Positions 1-9,041 of a DNA stretch of 64,000 nt are shown here, piece after piece. How positions within the stretch are numbered: the stretch's first letter is position 1; the number at the start of each line of letters is the position of its first letter. The position numbers were made by a program, and so were the translations under genes. Origin of the DNA: Actinomycetota bacterium (GTDB taxonomy: Bacteria; Actinomycetota; Acidimicrobiia; Acidimicrobiales; Ilumatobacteraceae); the NCBI GenBank assembly GCA_041164245.1, contig JBEAPU010000055.1, positions 5,114 through 69,113 on the forward strand, in the 5' to 3' direction. The notes beneath the pieces were generated by a model that saw only the letters and a program-made list of their open reading frames with translations, was not told where the DNA came from and searched no databases.

Positions 1-2
1 TC

Positions 3-725
3 GACGGGACGGAGAACTTCCGCGACCTCGGCGGACACCCGACGCGCTTCGGGGTGTCGACGCGGTGGGGGACACTGTTCCGGTCCGACGGCCTCCAGGC
101 GCTCAGCGAGGCCGATGTCGAGCGCTACCGGACCCTCGGGATCCGCGTCGTGTACGACCTGCGTCGTGACTCCGAGCGCGTGTCACGGCCGAATCGCGTC
201 CCATCGGAGGCGCACTGCATGATGACCCCGGTCGATGCCCTCGGCGAGGTCGCGGCGGTCCGCACCGAGGTCCGCGACCGGCGCGGCGGCGAGCAGATGC
301 TGCGGGCGATGTACGCCCAGATGGCGGCCCACTCGACCCCGGTCATCGCCGGTGTGCTGACCGGTATCGCCGACGCCGAGCGACTGCCGGCGGTGTTCCA
401 CTGCCATGCCGGCAAGGACCGCACCGGGCTCATCGCCGCGCTGGTGCTCGAGGCGGTCGGCGTCGACCGCGAGACGGTGCTCGACGACTACGAGGTGAGC
501 CGGGTGCTGCATCAGGACAACCCGCACTCGTTCACGATGCTCGTCGAGTCGGGCATGGCGCCCGAGGCGGCGGCCGGTGCGCTCGGTGCCCCTCGGTGGG
601 CGATGGCGGAGACGCTCGCCGACATCGACCGGGAACACGGCGGCGTCGAGGCCTACCTCCTCGGACGGGTCGGCCTGTCCGGCGATGTCGTCGATCGCCT
701 GCGCGACTCGTTGCTCGACACCTGA
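3..725 (+). CDS. protein-tyrosine phosphatase family protein (5' end outside window)
   Basis: ORF 54..725 stays open in frame to the window edge (DGTENFRDLGG precedes the first Met). It carries the CX5R P-loop HCHAGKDRTG. Confidence 0.8.
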   Translation, partial: DGTENFRDLGGHPTRFGVSTRWGTLFRSDGLQALSEADVERYRTLGIRVVYDLRRDSERVSRPNRVPSEAHCMMTPVDALGEVAAVRTEVRDRRGGEQMLRAMYAQMAAHSTPVIAGVLTGIADAERLPAVFHCHAGKDRTGLIAALVLEAVGVDRETVLDDYEVSRVLHQDNPHSFTMLVESGMAPEAAAGALGAPRWAMAETLADIDREHGGVEAYLLGRVGLSGDVVDRLRDSLLDT

Positions 726-3700
726 GCGATCGCCCATCGCACACGGTGAGGTCCCGGCCCCACCCGTACCGTCGTGTCGGGGCCGCACGCCCCGGTGCCG
801 ACACCGCGCAGCGCGGCGTCGAGCGTCACGTGCACCGGGTCGCGTCGTGTGCGACGCGGCAGGTCGGCGAGGGTGGTGGCCACGGCGAGGTCGTGAGCGG
901 AATGTGAGGACACGTCGAATGCGACGGCATCGGTGACGACGGCGATCCCGGTGCCGTCGTCGTCGGTGAGGGTGAACCACCGGGGGGCGATGTGCGTGCC
1001 GTGGTGCTGCGGGGTCACGTACGGCACGAACTGATCGGCGACCGTCGAGGACCACACGCCGATCGGCGCGGCCCGCCGGTCCGTCGCCGTCTCCCACGGA
1101 CCCGGGCCGTACCACTCGAGATTGCGGAGCCGACCCGGCACCGCGAACGTCACCCCGACCCGGGGAAGGTCCGCGAGTTCGGGGTCGTCGACCGTGATCT
1201 CGTCGACGATGTCGAGCCACCCGTCCCCGATGCGTTCGATCCGGCGACGGTGGATGAGCGACTGCCCGCCGCCGGTGTGCCACCGCCGGTCGATGCGGCG
1301 GACGTCGCCACGACGGCTCTCCCGGGCCGCCCCCGGGGCGAGGCGGTCGAGACCCCAGCGGTGCCACGAGACCGCGGCACCGACGACACCGGCGAGCGGT
1401 CCGACCCGGATGCCGTCGTTGTCGGTCGGTGCCCGCCACAGCGTCACATCGGCATCGACTGCGATCCGCTCGTCCGCCACCGGCGTGATCCGACCCGCTG
1501 GGCGTGGCGTGCCCCGTCGGAGCACCGTCTGGTCCCAGGCCACCACGTGCCCGGCGGGCGCCCAGCCGATGTCACGCCGAGTCGTCCAGCGCACGGTCGC
1601 CACGACCTCACCGTCGATCGCCACGACCGAGCCGGGCAGCTCGAGGACCAGTCGTCGTGTGGCACCGGGACCCACCTCGGGGCGGAGGCGTCGTCCCCAC
1701 ACGACCCGTCCGTCGACCACGACCTCGAGTCGCCCGTCGAGGTCGCCGAGGCTGGTGAGGGATCGCCGGTTCTCGACCCTCAGGCGCAGCGTTCCACCCG
1801 ATCGGGTGATCGCAGTGCGCACCGGGCGGGTCAACCAGCGGTGCTCCTCGACGGCCGGGTGCGGGGTCCCATCCCAGCCGACGATGCCGTTGCAGCAGAA
1901 CGCGGCATCGTTCGGGGTGTCACCGAAGCCCCCTCCGTAGGCGGGGAAGGGTCGTCCACGGGCGTCGGTGGTCATCAGGCCCTGGTCGCGCCAGTCCCAG
2001 ATGAAGCCGCCCTGCAGACCGTGATGCTCCTCGATCGCGGCCCAGTACCGGTCGAGGTCCCCGTTGGAGTTGCCCATGGCGTGGCTGTACTCGCACATGA
2101 TCAGTGGGCGGCTCGGCGGCCGACGGGTGGCCCACGCGACGAGTTGCTCGACCGACGGGTACATCGGGCACTCGATGTCGGAGGCCGGGTCGTCGACCTC
2201 GTCGGCGCCGATGCGCCAATGCGCTGAGTTTCCCCCTTCGTACTGGACGATCCGTGTCGAGTCGCTGGCCCGCACCCACTCGGCCGCCGCCCGGTGCGCG
2301 GCTCCCGAACCCGACTCGTTGCCGAGTGACCAGGCGAACACGCTCGGATGGTTCCGGTGGGTCGTCACCGTCCGCTGGACCCGCTCGACGAACGCCGGCG
2401 CGTACCGCGGGTCGGCGATCAGTTCGCGCCACCGGGCGTGGCTCTCGAGGTTCGCCTCGCACACCACCCACAGTCCGATCTCGTCGCAGGTGTCGAGCAG
2501 CACCGGGTCGGGTGGGTAGTGCGCCGTCCGGATGGCGTTGAAGCCGGCCCGCTTGATCGCCGCCACCTCGGCGCGCAGCTCGTCGTCGCCGGCGGCCTTG
2601 CCGTGGAGGTGATGGTGATCGTGGCGGTTCACGCCGGCGATCGGCACCGGGGCGCCGTTCAGCAGCAGCTCAGCCCCACGGATCTCGATCCGTCGGAAGC
2701 CGGTGACCACGGGTACGACCTCGCGGACGGTGCCCCCGGGGTCGACGAGGGACACGATCACCCGGTGGCGGTGCGGGTCCTCGTGCGACCAGGGGCGGAC
2801 CCCGGGCACTGCGATCGTCACATCGATCACCGGACCGGGGTGACGGTAGGCGTCGGCCATGGCGGCGAGGTGCGACGCATCGTCGAACACCGGCACCGAC
2901 CTCGATGCGTCGGCGCCGCGCACCGGACGACCGTCGAGGTGCTCGAGTGCGACATCGACCCGCCAGCCTCGACCGCGGGACCCGTCGCCGATGTCGACCC
3001 GGGCCCGCACCCGCAGCGAGCCGGTCGAGCAGGCCTCGTCGAGGGTGGCGTCGACGGCGACCTCGCCGAGGCCGACGGTGCCGGTGGTGCGCAGCGCGAC
3101 CCGCCGCGGCAGGCCGCCGTGGAACCAGTGGTCCTGGTCCTCGACCCAGGTGTGGGCCGACCAGCGCACGACCATGATCGCGAGTTCGGCGTCACGTCCG
3201 GGTGCGACGCCGGCGACGGCGTCGGTGATGTCGAACTCGCTGGCGAGACGCGAGTCGGTGGCGAGACCGACGAACCGACCGTCGACCCAGACGGCGGCCA
3301 CGCTCTCGACACCGCCGAGGTGCAGGATCGTGCGTCGGCCGGCCCTTCCGGCACCGGCACGCCGCAGGTCCCGGCTCGTGATCCGTCGTCGATACAGCCC
3401 GGCCATCGGCCGGTCCGGCACCTGCGGCGGATCGCCGGCGAAGGGCATGACGATGTTCGTGTAGTGCGGGAGATCGCCGACCTCCCGGCCGGCGGCCTGC
3501 ATCGTCCAACTGCCCGGCACGGTGGCGGGGTGCCACGGCGCGCCGGTCGCTGCTGAGGTCGTCCATCCGACCGGGGCGTCGCGTGGGTGCGGGACGACCC
3601 GCAGCTGCCAACCGTCGTCGAGGTCGCGCCACCACCCGTCCCGCCCGGACCGCGCCGAGTCACGATCATGGAACGACCTGGTCGAGGGGCGGGCCGGAAG

Positions 3701-3775
3701 CCGACGCAGGCCGGTGAGCATCGGGTCCTCCCACCAGCGGCCGATCACGTCGACCAGGTCGTCGACCTCGCTCAT
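653..3775 (-). CDS. lacZ: beta-galactosidase, glycoside hydrolase family 2
   Basis: 1040-aa ORF with GH2/LacZ-type motifs NAIRTAHYPPDP, WSLGNESG and MCEYSHAMGNS. Its ATG overlaps the galT stop (tcat at 3772..3775). Confidence 0.9.
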   Translation of the reverse strand: MSEVDDLVDVIGRWWEDPMLTGLRRLPARPSTRSFHDRDSARSGRDGWWRDLDDGWQLRVVPHPRDAPVGWTTSAATGAPWHPATVPGSWTMQAAGREVGDLPHYTNIVMPFAGDPPQVPDRPMAGLYRRRITSRDLRRAGAGRAGRRTILHLGGVESVAAVWVDGRFVGLATDSRLASEFDITDAVAGVAPGRDAELAIMVVRWSAHTWVEDQDHWFHGGLPRRVALRTTGTVGLGEVAVDATLDEACSTGSLRVRARVDIGDGSRGRGWRVDVALEHLDGRPVRGADASRSVPVFDDASHLAAMADAYRHPGPVIDVTIAVPGVRPWSHEDPHRHRVIVSLVDPGGTVREVVPVVTGFRRIEIRGAELLLNGAPVPIAGVNRHDHHHLHGKAAGDDELRAEVAAIKRAGFNAIRTAHYPPDPVLLDTCDEIGLWVVCEANLESHARWRELIADPRYAPAFVERVQRTVTTHRNHPSVFAWSLGNESGSGAAHRAAAEWVRASDSTRIVQYEGGNSAHWRIGADEVDDPASDIECPMYPSVEQLVAWATRRPPSRPLIMCEYSHAMGNSNGDLDRYWAAIEEHHGLQGGFIWDWRDQGLMTTDARGRPFPAYGGGFGDTPNDAAFCCNGIVGWDGTPHPAVEEHRWLTRPVRTAITRSGGTLRLRVENRRSLTSLGDLDGRLEVVVDGRVVWGRRLRPEVGPGATRRLVLELPGSVVAIDGEVVATVRWTTRRDIGWAPAGHVVAWDQTVLRRGTPRPAGRITPVADERIAVDADVTLWRAPTDNDGIRVGPLAGVVGAAVSWHRWGLDRLAPGAARESRRGDVRRIDRRWHTGGGQSLIHRRRIERIGDGWLDIVDEITVDDPELADLPRVGVTFAVPGRLRNLEWYGPGPWETATDRRAAPIGVWSSTVADQFVPYVTPQHHGTHIAPRWFTLTDDDGTGIAVVTDAVAFDVSSHSAHDLAVATTLADLPRRTRRDPVHVTLDAALRGVGTGACGPDTTVRVGPGPHRVRWAIAQVSSNESRRRSTTSPDRPTRPRR

Positions 3776-4629
3776 CGGGCGTCACCGGTCGCGTCACGCA
3801 GGCGGCCCGCGAGATCCTCCGGGACGACCTCCATCACGTACTCGTCGGTCGCGACCTCGGCCGCCCCCATGATCCGCTGCAGCCCGGCCCGGCGCCACGG
3901 CGACACGATCCGGACGTTCAGCCAGCCGGTGTCCGCCATGTCGCCGCCGGTCGGTGCCTGCTCCAGCCACAGCATGTAGGGCAGCGGTCGGTCGAAGAGG
4001 CGATCGAGCCGGCCGAGCACGTCGACGAGGATCGTCGCCATCGCGGTGCGTCCGGCATCGTCGAGGTGGTCGATCCGGCCGATGCGGGTCATCGGGGCGA
4101 CGTGGAGTTCCACCGGGTACATCGGTGCCCAGGGAACCCACGCCGTCCAGTCGGCGTGCGTGGCGACGAGTCGGGCCTCCGGAGCGGGGTCCGGGCACCA
4201 CCCGGCGGCGAGCAGCCGCGCCGGTCGGTCGGGGACGTGATCGAAGGCGTAGATCTGGCCGTGGGGATGTGCGATCGTCGCCCCGACCTCGGCACCACGG
4301 TTCTCGAAGACCAGCACGTACGCGACATCGGGTCGCGCGCCGAGCGCAGCGGTCCGCTCGGCCCACAGGTCGATCACCCGGCGCACACCGTCGACGCCGA
4401 GGGTGGCGAGCGATGCGTCGTGGTCGGGGCTGAACAGCACCACCTCGTTGTTGCCCTGGCCGAGCGCCGGCCACCGGTTCGGGAACCAGCGGACGGTGTA
4501 CGGCTCGGGTGCCTCGAGGCCCCCGACACAGAACGGGCAGTCCGTCACCGGTCGCTGCGGTCGTTGGAGCCGTGAGCCGTCGACGTGGACGCGGGTGCCG
4601 AGGTGGGGGTCGCGTCGCAGTTCGCGCAC
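3772..4629 (-). CDS. galT: galactose-1-phosphate uridylyltransferase
   Basis: HPHGQIYAF (HxHxQ) active site and CPFC zinc motif. Start placed at GTG 4629 (VRELRRD...) because the longer ORF runs into the divergent cspA gene. Confidence 0.8.
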   Translation of the reverse strand: MRELRRDPHLGTRVHVDGSRLQRPQRPVTDCPFCVGGLEAPEPYTVRWFPNRWPALGQGNNEVVLFSPDHDASLATLGVDGVRRVIDLWAERTAALGARPDVAYVLVFENRGAEVGATIAHPHGQIYAFDHVPDRPARLLAAGWCPDPAPEARLVATHADWTAWVPWAPMYPVELHVAPMTRIGRIDHLDDAGRTAMATILVDVLGRLDRLFDRPLPYMLWLEQAPTGGDMADTGWLNVRIVSPWRRAGLQRIMGAAEVATDEYVMEVVPEDLAGRLRDATGDAR

Positions 4630-4762
4630 TGCGCCGTTGTAGCAGGCGGGCCGGGTCGGGTGGGACGTACGGGAGTGTTGCGGTCCGTCGGGCAGTAGTC
4701 TTTCGCCGATGCCGCACCCCGTTCGGTGCGTCACCCAGCAACAGATAAGGGAGTACCCCAAC

Positions 4763-4963
4763 ATGGCCACTGGCACCGTGAAGTTCTTCAACGATCAGAA
4801 GGGCTTCGGTTTCATCAGCCGTGACGGAGAGGACGACTTGTTCGTCCACTTCTCGAACATCGTCGGTTCCGGCCGGCGCACCCTGCTCGACGGGCAGGCT
4901 GTGGAGTTCGAGGTCGGCGAAGGGCGCAAGGGCCCCGAAGCCGTCAACGTCAAGGTGATCTGA
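4763..4963 (+). CDS. cspA: cold-shock protein, CspA family
   Basis: [25 protein letters not shown] (RNP1/RNP2 motifs). SD aagggag lies about 10 nt upstream of ATG 4763. Confidence 0.95.
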   Translation: MATGTVKFFNDQKGFGFISRDGEDDLFVHFSNIVGSGRRTLLDGQAVEFEVGEGRKGPEAVNVKVI

Positions 4964-5011
4964 GCCACCCCCGTCTCCATCCGTCCTCGGGTACTCCCGA
5001 CCTCACGCCTC

Positions 5012-5034
5012 CCGCCCGCCCCCGTGGCGGGCGG
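5012..5034 (+). terminator. GC-rich hairpin downstream of cspA (candidate terminator, no U-tract)
   Basis: Perfect 9-bp stem ccgcccgcc / ggcgggcgg with loop cccgt, about 50 nt after the cspA stop. The following sequence is not T-rich. Confidence 0.4.
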
Positions 5035-5151
5035 TGTCGCGTCCGGGGCCGGGCGAATCTTCCCCTGAACCGAATTCGATTTGCGCTACGGTCGGGGCTG
5101 CACGAGCCCGGTCGGACGGTCCGACCGGGGACGAGCCCCGGAGGTGTGCGC

Positions 5152-6282
5152 ATGGAACGAGGAATCAACAGGACACGATGGGCTGCCATCGGTGCCGCCG
5201 TGGCGGTGACGCTCGGCGGCGGTGGACTGATCGGCGTGTCAGCCGCGGGTGTCGCCGACTCCGCGGCGTTGGTGACGGTGGATCCGGTCCGGATCCTCGA
5301 CACCCGCCGCGCCGAGAAGGTCGACGGTGAGACGTACCTCCTGAAGGTCACGGGCGCGGTGACCACCTACTCGGCGGGCGCGACGTCCACGGCGACGGTC
5401 GTGCCGGCCGGTGCGTCGTCGGTGTCGCTGAACCTGACGGTGACCGAGGGCGTGCGCAACGGCGGCTACGGGTTCGTCACCGCCTTCCCGTGCACCGATG
5501 CCTCCGACACCGTGCCGAACGCCTCGACGCTCAACTTCGTCGAGGGTGTCGACGTCGCCAACGGCGTGACCGTGCCGCTCGGCGCCGACGGGGAGATCTG
5601 CCTCAACGTGTACGGCGCCGCGCACCTGATCGCCGACGTGTCGGGCTACTACACCGACAGCCGCCTCGACGACATCGAAGCCGACATCACCGCCCTCGAA
5701 GCCGACATCACCGCCCTCGACGAGTCGACCCTCGGCAACCTGTCGATGGGCATGTCGATCTCGCCCTCGGCGATCCGCCTCGCTGACTTCAACTGTGCGG
5801 CTGCGGGAACCCCCTGCACACTCACCGAGCCCGGTGGTGGGATGCCGCTGCTCACCCTCCCCAATGCGGACGCATCGCTCGCTGCCGGGCAGGGCAGCCT
5901 TCGCCTTCCGCTCGAGGCGCCCCGGTACATCTCCGACACCGAGTACCGTCCGTACGCGTTCGTCCTGTGCGTCTATCACCCGACGGCCGCGAACTCGGTG
6001 ATGCCGGCCATCGCCGACATCACCATGTACCACCGGGATGCGGACTCGACGACGATGGGCGAGATCCAGCTCGAGCCCGTCAGCGGCGACTACCCGTTGG
6101 TTCCCGCGCAGAACACCGACGAGTGCTTCACCCTGCTGCCCGCCGACTACACGTGGGCGAGCGGTGAGGCGGGCTACACCGTCGAGATCGACTTCATCGA
6201 CAACCGGACCTCGGCCCTGGAGAACAAGATGTACCTCCGCTCCGCCGACGTGACCTGGTTCAACGTCGCCGAGGAGGGCTGA
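5152..6282 (+). CDS. secreted hypothetical protein with EADITAL tandem repeat
   Basis: SD ggagg (5140..5144) lies 7 nt before ATG 5152. N-terminal signal-like segment is RWAAIGAAVAVTLGGGGLIGVSAAG. No catalytic motif recognised. Confidence 0.7.
   Translation: MERGINRTRWAAIGAAVAVTLGGGGLIGVSAAGVADSAALVTVDPVRILDTRRAEKVDGETYLLKVTGAVTTYSAGATSTATVVPAGASSVSLNLTVTEGVRNGGYGFVTAFPCTDASDTVPNASTLNFVEGVDVANGVTVPLGADGEICLNVYGAAHLIADVSGYYTDSRLDDIEADITALEADITALDESTLGNLSMGMSISPSAIRLADFNCAAAGTPCTLTEPGGGMPLLTLPNADASLAAGQGSLRLPLEAPRYISDTEYRPYAFVLCVYHPTAANSVMPAIADITMYHRDADSTTMGEIQLEPVSGDYPLVPAQNTDECFTLLPADYTWASGEAGYTVEIDFIDNRTSALENKMYLRSADVTWFNVAEEG
5677..5718 (+). repeat. perfect 2 x 21-bp in-frame tandem duplication (gaagccgacatcaccgccctc)
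   Basis: Units 5677..5697 and 5698..5718 are identical. They encode EADITAL twice. Confidence 0.95.
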
Positions 6283-8982
6283 TCAGCCCGAGTTCCTCAG
6301 GCCGGTCGCGATTGCGTTGAGGGTGAGGTGGATGCCGCGTTGCACCATCTCACCCTCATCGCCCGACCGGTACCGGCCGAGCAACTCCACCTGCAGCACG
6401 TGCAGGGGATCGAGGTAGGCGAAGCGGTTGCGGATGCTGCGGGCCAGCACCGGGTTGTCGGCCAGCAGGTCGCCGGTGCCGGTCACCGCGGCGAGGTGGG
6501 CCAGCGTCAACCGGTGCTCCTCGGCGATCGAGGTCATCACCCGCTCGCCGGCGACCTGGTCGGTGACGAGACGCTCGGCGTACAACCCGGCGATGCCGAG
6601 ATCCACCTTGGCGAGCACCATCGCCGCGTTCGACAGCACGGTCCGCCAGAACACGTCGTCCCGGTGCAGACGCACGAGATCCCCCGTCCGGCCGGCCTCG
6701 GCGGCAGTCGCGAGCGCCGTGCCGAGGCCGAACCAGCCGGGCAGCGACACCCGGCACTGGCTCCAGGCGAACACCCACGGGATCGCCCGCAGGTCCTCGA
6801 TCCGGTCCGACGCCGTGCGTGACGCCGGGCGACTGCCGACATTGAGGCGGGCGATCTCGCCCACCGGGGTCAGCGATCGGAACACGCCGACGAACGCCGG
6901 GTCGTCGAACACCAGCGACCGATAGCGGCGCATCGCAGCAGCGGCCATCGTCTCGAGCAGCTCGGCATCGTCGGGTGGCAGCACCGCGTCGCCGGCGCCG
7001 GCGCTCGCGGTGAGGGTGGCGGCGACGAGGGTGTCGAGGTTGCGGTGTGCGGTGACCGGACGCGAGTACTTGGCCGCCACCATCTCACCCTGCTCGGTGA
7101 TGCGGATCGCACCCTGCACCGACCCGGCCGGCTGAGCCAGGATCGCCTCGTGGGCCGGGCCGCCGCCGCGGCCGACGGTACCGCCGCGGCCGTGGAAGAA
7201 GCGGATCCGGACCCGATGGCGGGCGGCGACGTCGACCAGCGTCGCCTGGGTGCGCTGCAGGGACCATCGTGAACGCAGGTAGCCGCCGTCCTTGTTCGAG
7301 TCGGAGTACCCGATCATCACCTCCTGGGTCATGCCTCGGGACGCCAGCCATCGCCGGTAGCGGGGGAGTGCGAGCAGTCGCTCGACCACGTCCGGTGCCC
7401 GTTCGAGATCGGTGATCGTCTCGAACAACGGGACGATGTCGACCGCATCGGCGAGCCCGGACTCGGTGGCGAGCACCATCACCTCGAGCACGTCGCTGAC
7501 CGAACCGGCCGCCGAGATGACGACATGCGGGATGGCCTGCGGCCCCACGATGCGGTGCACCTCCGCGGCGGTGTCGAACACCGCCAGTTCAGAGGTGGTC
7601 TCGGCCGAGTACTCGTGACGGGGGATGCGCAGGGGGCGGGGATCGTCGAGCGCGGCGAGCAGGAGCGCGACCCGGTCGTCCTCGGCCTGCTCGGGGTAGT
7701 CCCCGCACAGTCCGGCCGCGGTGAGGAGTTCGGCGACGGTGCGTTCGTGCACCCCCGAGTTCTGCCGCAGATCCAGTCCGCACAGGTGCACCCCGAACGT
7801 CGCCATCGCTCGCCGGACCGGTTCGACGAGTGTGGTCGCCACCTCACCGGCTCCGTGCGCCCTCAGCGACCGCTCGACGACTGCGAGGTCGACGAGGCAC
7901 TCGTCGATGGTCGGGTAGGGCGGGCGGGGCACCGCCGGCGGGGGCCCCGGCGCGGTCGACCCGAGCGGGCGGAGCACCCCCTCGGCCAGGGCGTGGAGCC
8001 GCGCGTGCATGCCCCGCAACGCCCGCCGATAGGGCTCGTCGACCCGGAACGGCGAGTCGTCACCCGACGCCTCGGCGAGGGTCACCACGGCCGCGTCGAC
8101 GCCGACGAGCCGGGCTGACATCGACAGTCTCCGGGCGAGCGCGGCCAGTCCGTCGAGGTGCCGGGCTACTGCGGTGCGCGCCTGCTCGGCCACGGCGGTG
8201 CGGAGCACGTCGGCGGTGACGAACGGGTTGCCGTCACGGTCGCCGCCGATCCACGAACCCATCGTCACGAGGCGGGTCGTGTCCGCACCGGGAACGAGCC
8301 GTTCCACCTCCGACCCGAGTTCGACGACGGTGTCGAACAGCGTCGACGGGTAGTAGCGCAGAGCCTCGCGGATCTCGTCGACGACACGCAGCTTCGAGAG
8401 TCGCAGCACCGCCGTCTGCCACAGGATCAGCACCTCGACTCGCAGGGCGTCCTCGACGCGACCGCGCGCCCGCGGGCGGTCGCGGACCTGATCGTGCTCG
8501 CCGAGGAGCTCGGCGATCCGCTCGATGACCTCGAGCACGCTCTGGCGCCTCACCTCGGTCGGGTGGGCGGTCAGCACCGGGGTGACCCGCAGGTGCGACA
8601 CCAGTTCGGGCAGGTCGCTCCGGCCGGCGAGGGCGGTGACGGCAGCCGCGATCCCGCTGGGACGGGGACCGCTGTCGCTCTCGACGTGCTCGAGGCGTCG
8701 CCGCTCGAGATGGACGTCCTCGACCGTGTTGACGAGCAGCGACAGCCAGCCGAAGGCCCGGATGAGGTGCAGCGCCTGTTCGAGGTCGGCGGTCTCCAGG
8801 AGCGTGGTGAGCTCGCCGAGCGGGTCCGTCCCGGCGCGTCGCGCCTCGACCGCGCAGCGGCGCACGTCCTCGACGAGGCGGAACGTCGCCTCACCGGCCT
8901 GCTCTCGCACGACGTCGCCGACGATGCGGCCGAGCAGGCGGATGTCATCGCCGAGCGGATCACCCGAGTTGGCGGTCGTCAC
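6283..8982 (-). CDS. ppc: phosphoenolpyruvate carboxylase
   Basis: Motifs VMIGYSDSNKDGG and FHGRGGTVGRGGGP, C-terminal ...GLRNSG. Start set to GTG 8982 because the longer ORF overlaps divergent glgA. Confidence 0.9.
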   Translation of the reverse strand: MTTANSGDPLGDDIRLLGRIVGDVVREQAGEATFRLVEDVRRCAVEARRAGTDPLGELTTLLETADLEQALHLIRAFGWLSLLVNTVEDVHLERRRLEHVESDSGPRPSGIAAAVTALAGRSDLPELVSHLRVTPVLTAHPTEVRRQSVLEVIERIAELLGEHDQVRDRPRARGRVEDALRVEVLILWQTAVLRLSKLRVVDEIREALRYYPSTLFDTVVELGSEVERLVPGADTTRLVTMGSWIGGDRDGNPFVTADVLRTAVAEQARTAVARHLDGLAALARRLSMSARLVGVDAAVVTLAEASGDDSPFRVDEPYRRALRGMHARLHALAEGVLRPLGSTAPGPPPAVPRPPYPTIDECLVDLAVVERSLRAHGAGEVATTLVEPVRRAMATFGVHLCGLDLRQNSGVHERTVAELLTAAGLCGDYPEQAEDDRVALLLAALDDPRPLRIPRHEYSAETTSELAVFDTAAEVHRIVGPQAIPHVVISAAGSVSDVLEVMVLATESGLADAVDIVPLFETITDLERAPDVVERLLALPRYRRWLASRGMTQEVMIGYSDSNKDGGYLRSRWSLQRTQATLVDVAARHRVRIRFFHGRGGTVGRGGGPAHEAILAQPAGSVQGAIRITEQGEMVAAKYSRPVTAHRNLDTLVAATLTASAGAGDAVLPPDDAELLETMAAAAMRRYRSLVFDDPAFVGVFRSLTPVGEIARLNVGSRPASRTASDRIEDLRAIPWVFAWSQCRVSLPGWFGLGTALATAAEAGRTGDLVRLHRDDVFWRTVLSNAAMVLAKVDLGIAGLYAERLVTDQVAGERVMTSIAEEHRLTLAHLAAVTGTGDLLADNPVLARSIRNRFAYLDPLHVLQVELLGRYRSGDEGEMVQRGIHLTLNAIATGLRNSG

Positions 8983-9041
8983 CGTCCCAGTGTGCCGGCT
9001 CCGGGGGAGCAGCGACGTCGCAGATGCAGCACAATGGTCGC

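Noticed and set aside
183-1439. 418-aa minus-strand ORF and many similar 100-650-aa alternative-frame ORFs (for example 12726..14591, 48225..49862, 57142..58749, 59489..60838, 60736..62229, 62287..63750)
   Set aside because: All overlap ORFs with recognisable conserved motifs in another frame or strand, and all have R/P/G/A-biased composition. No independent evidence supports them.
4964-5011. C-rich tract after cspA considered as a 6C-type small RNA
   Set aside because: I could not fold it into the two C-loop hairpins characteristic of 6C RNA. Only the 5012..5034 hairpin is convincing, and it reads better as a cspA terminator.
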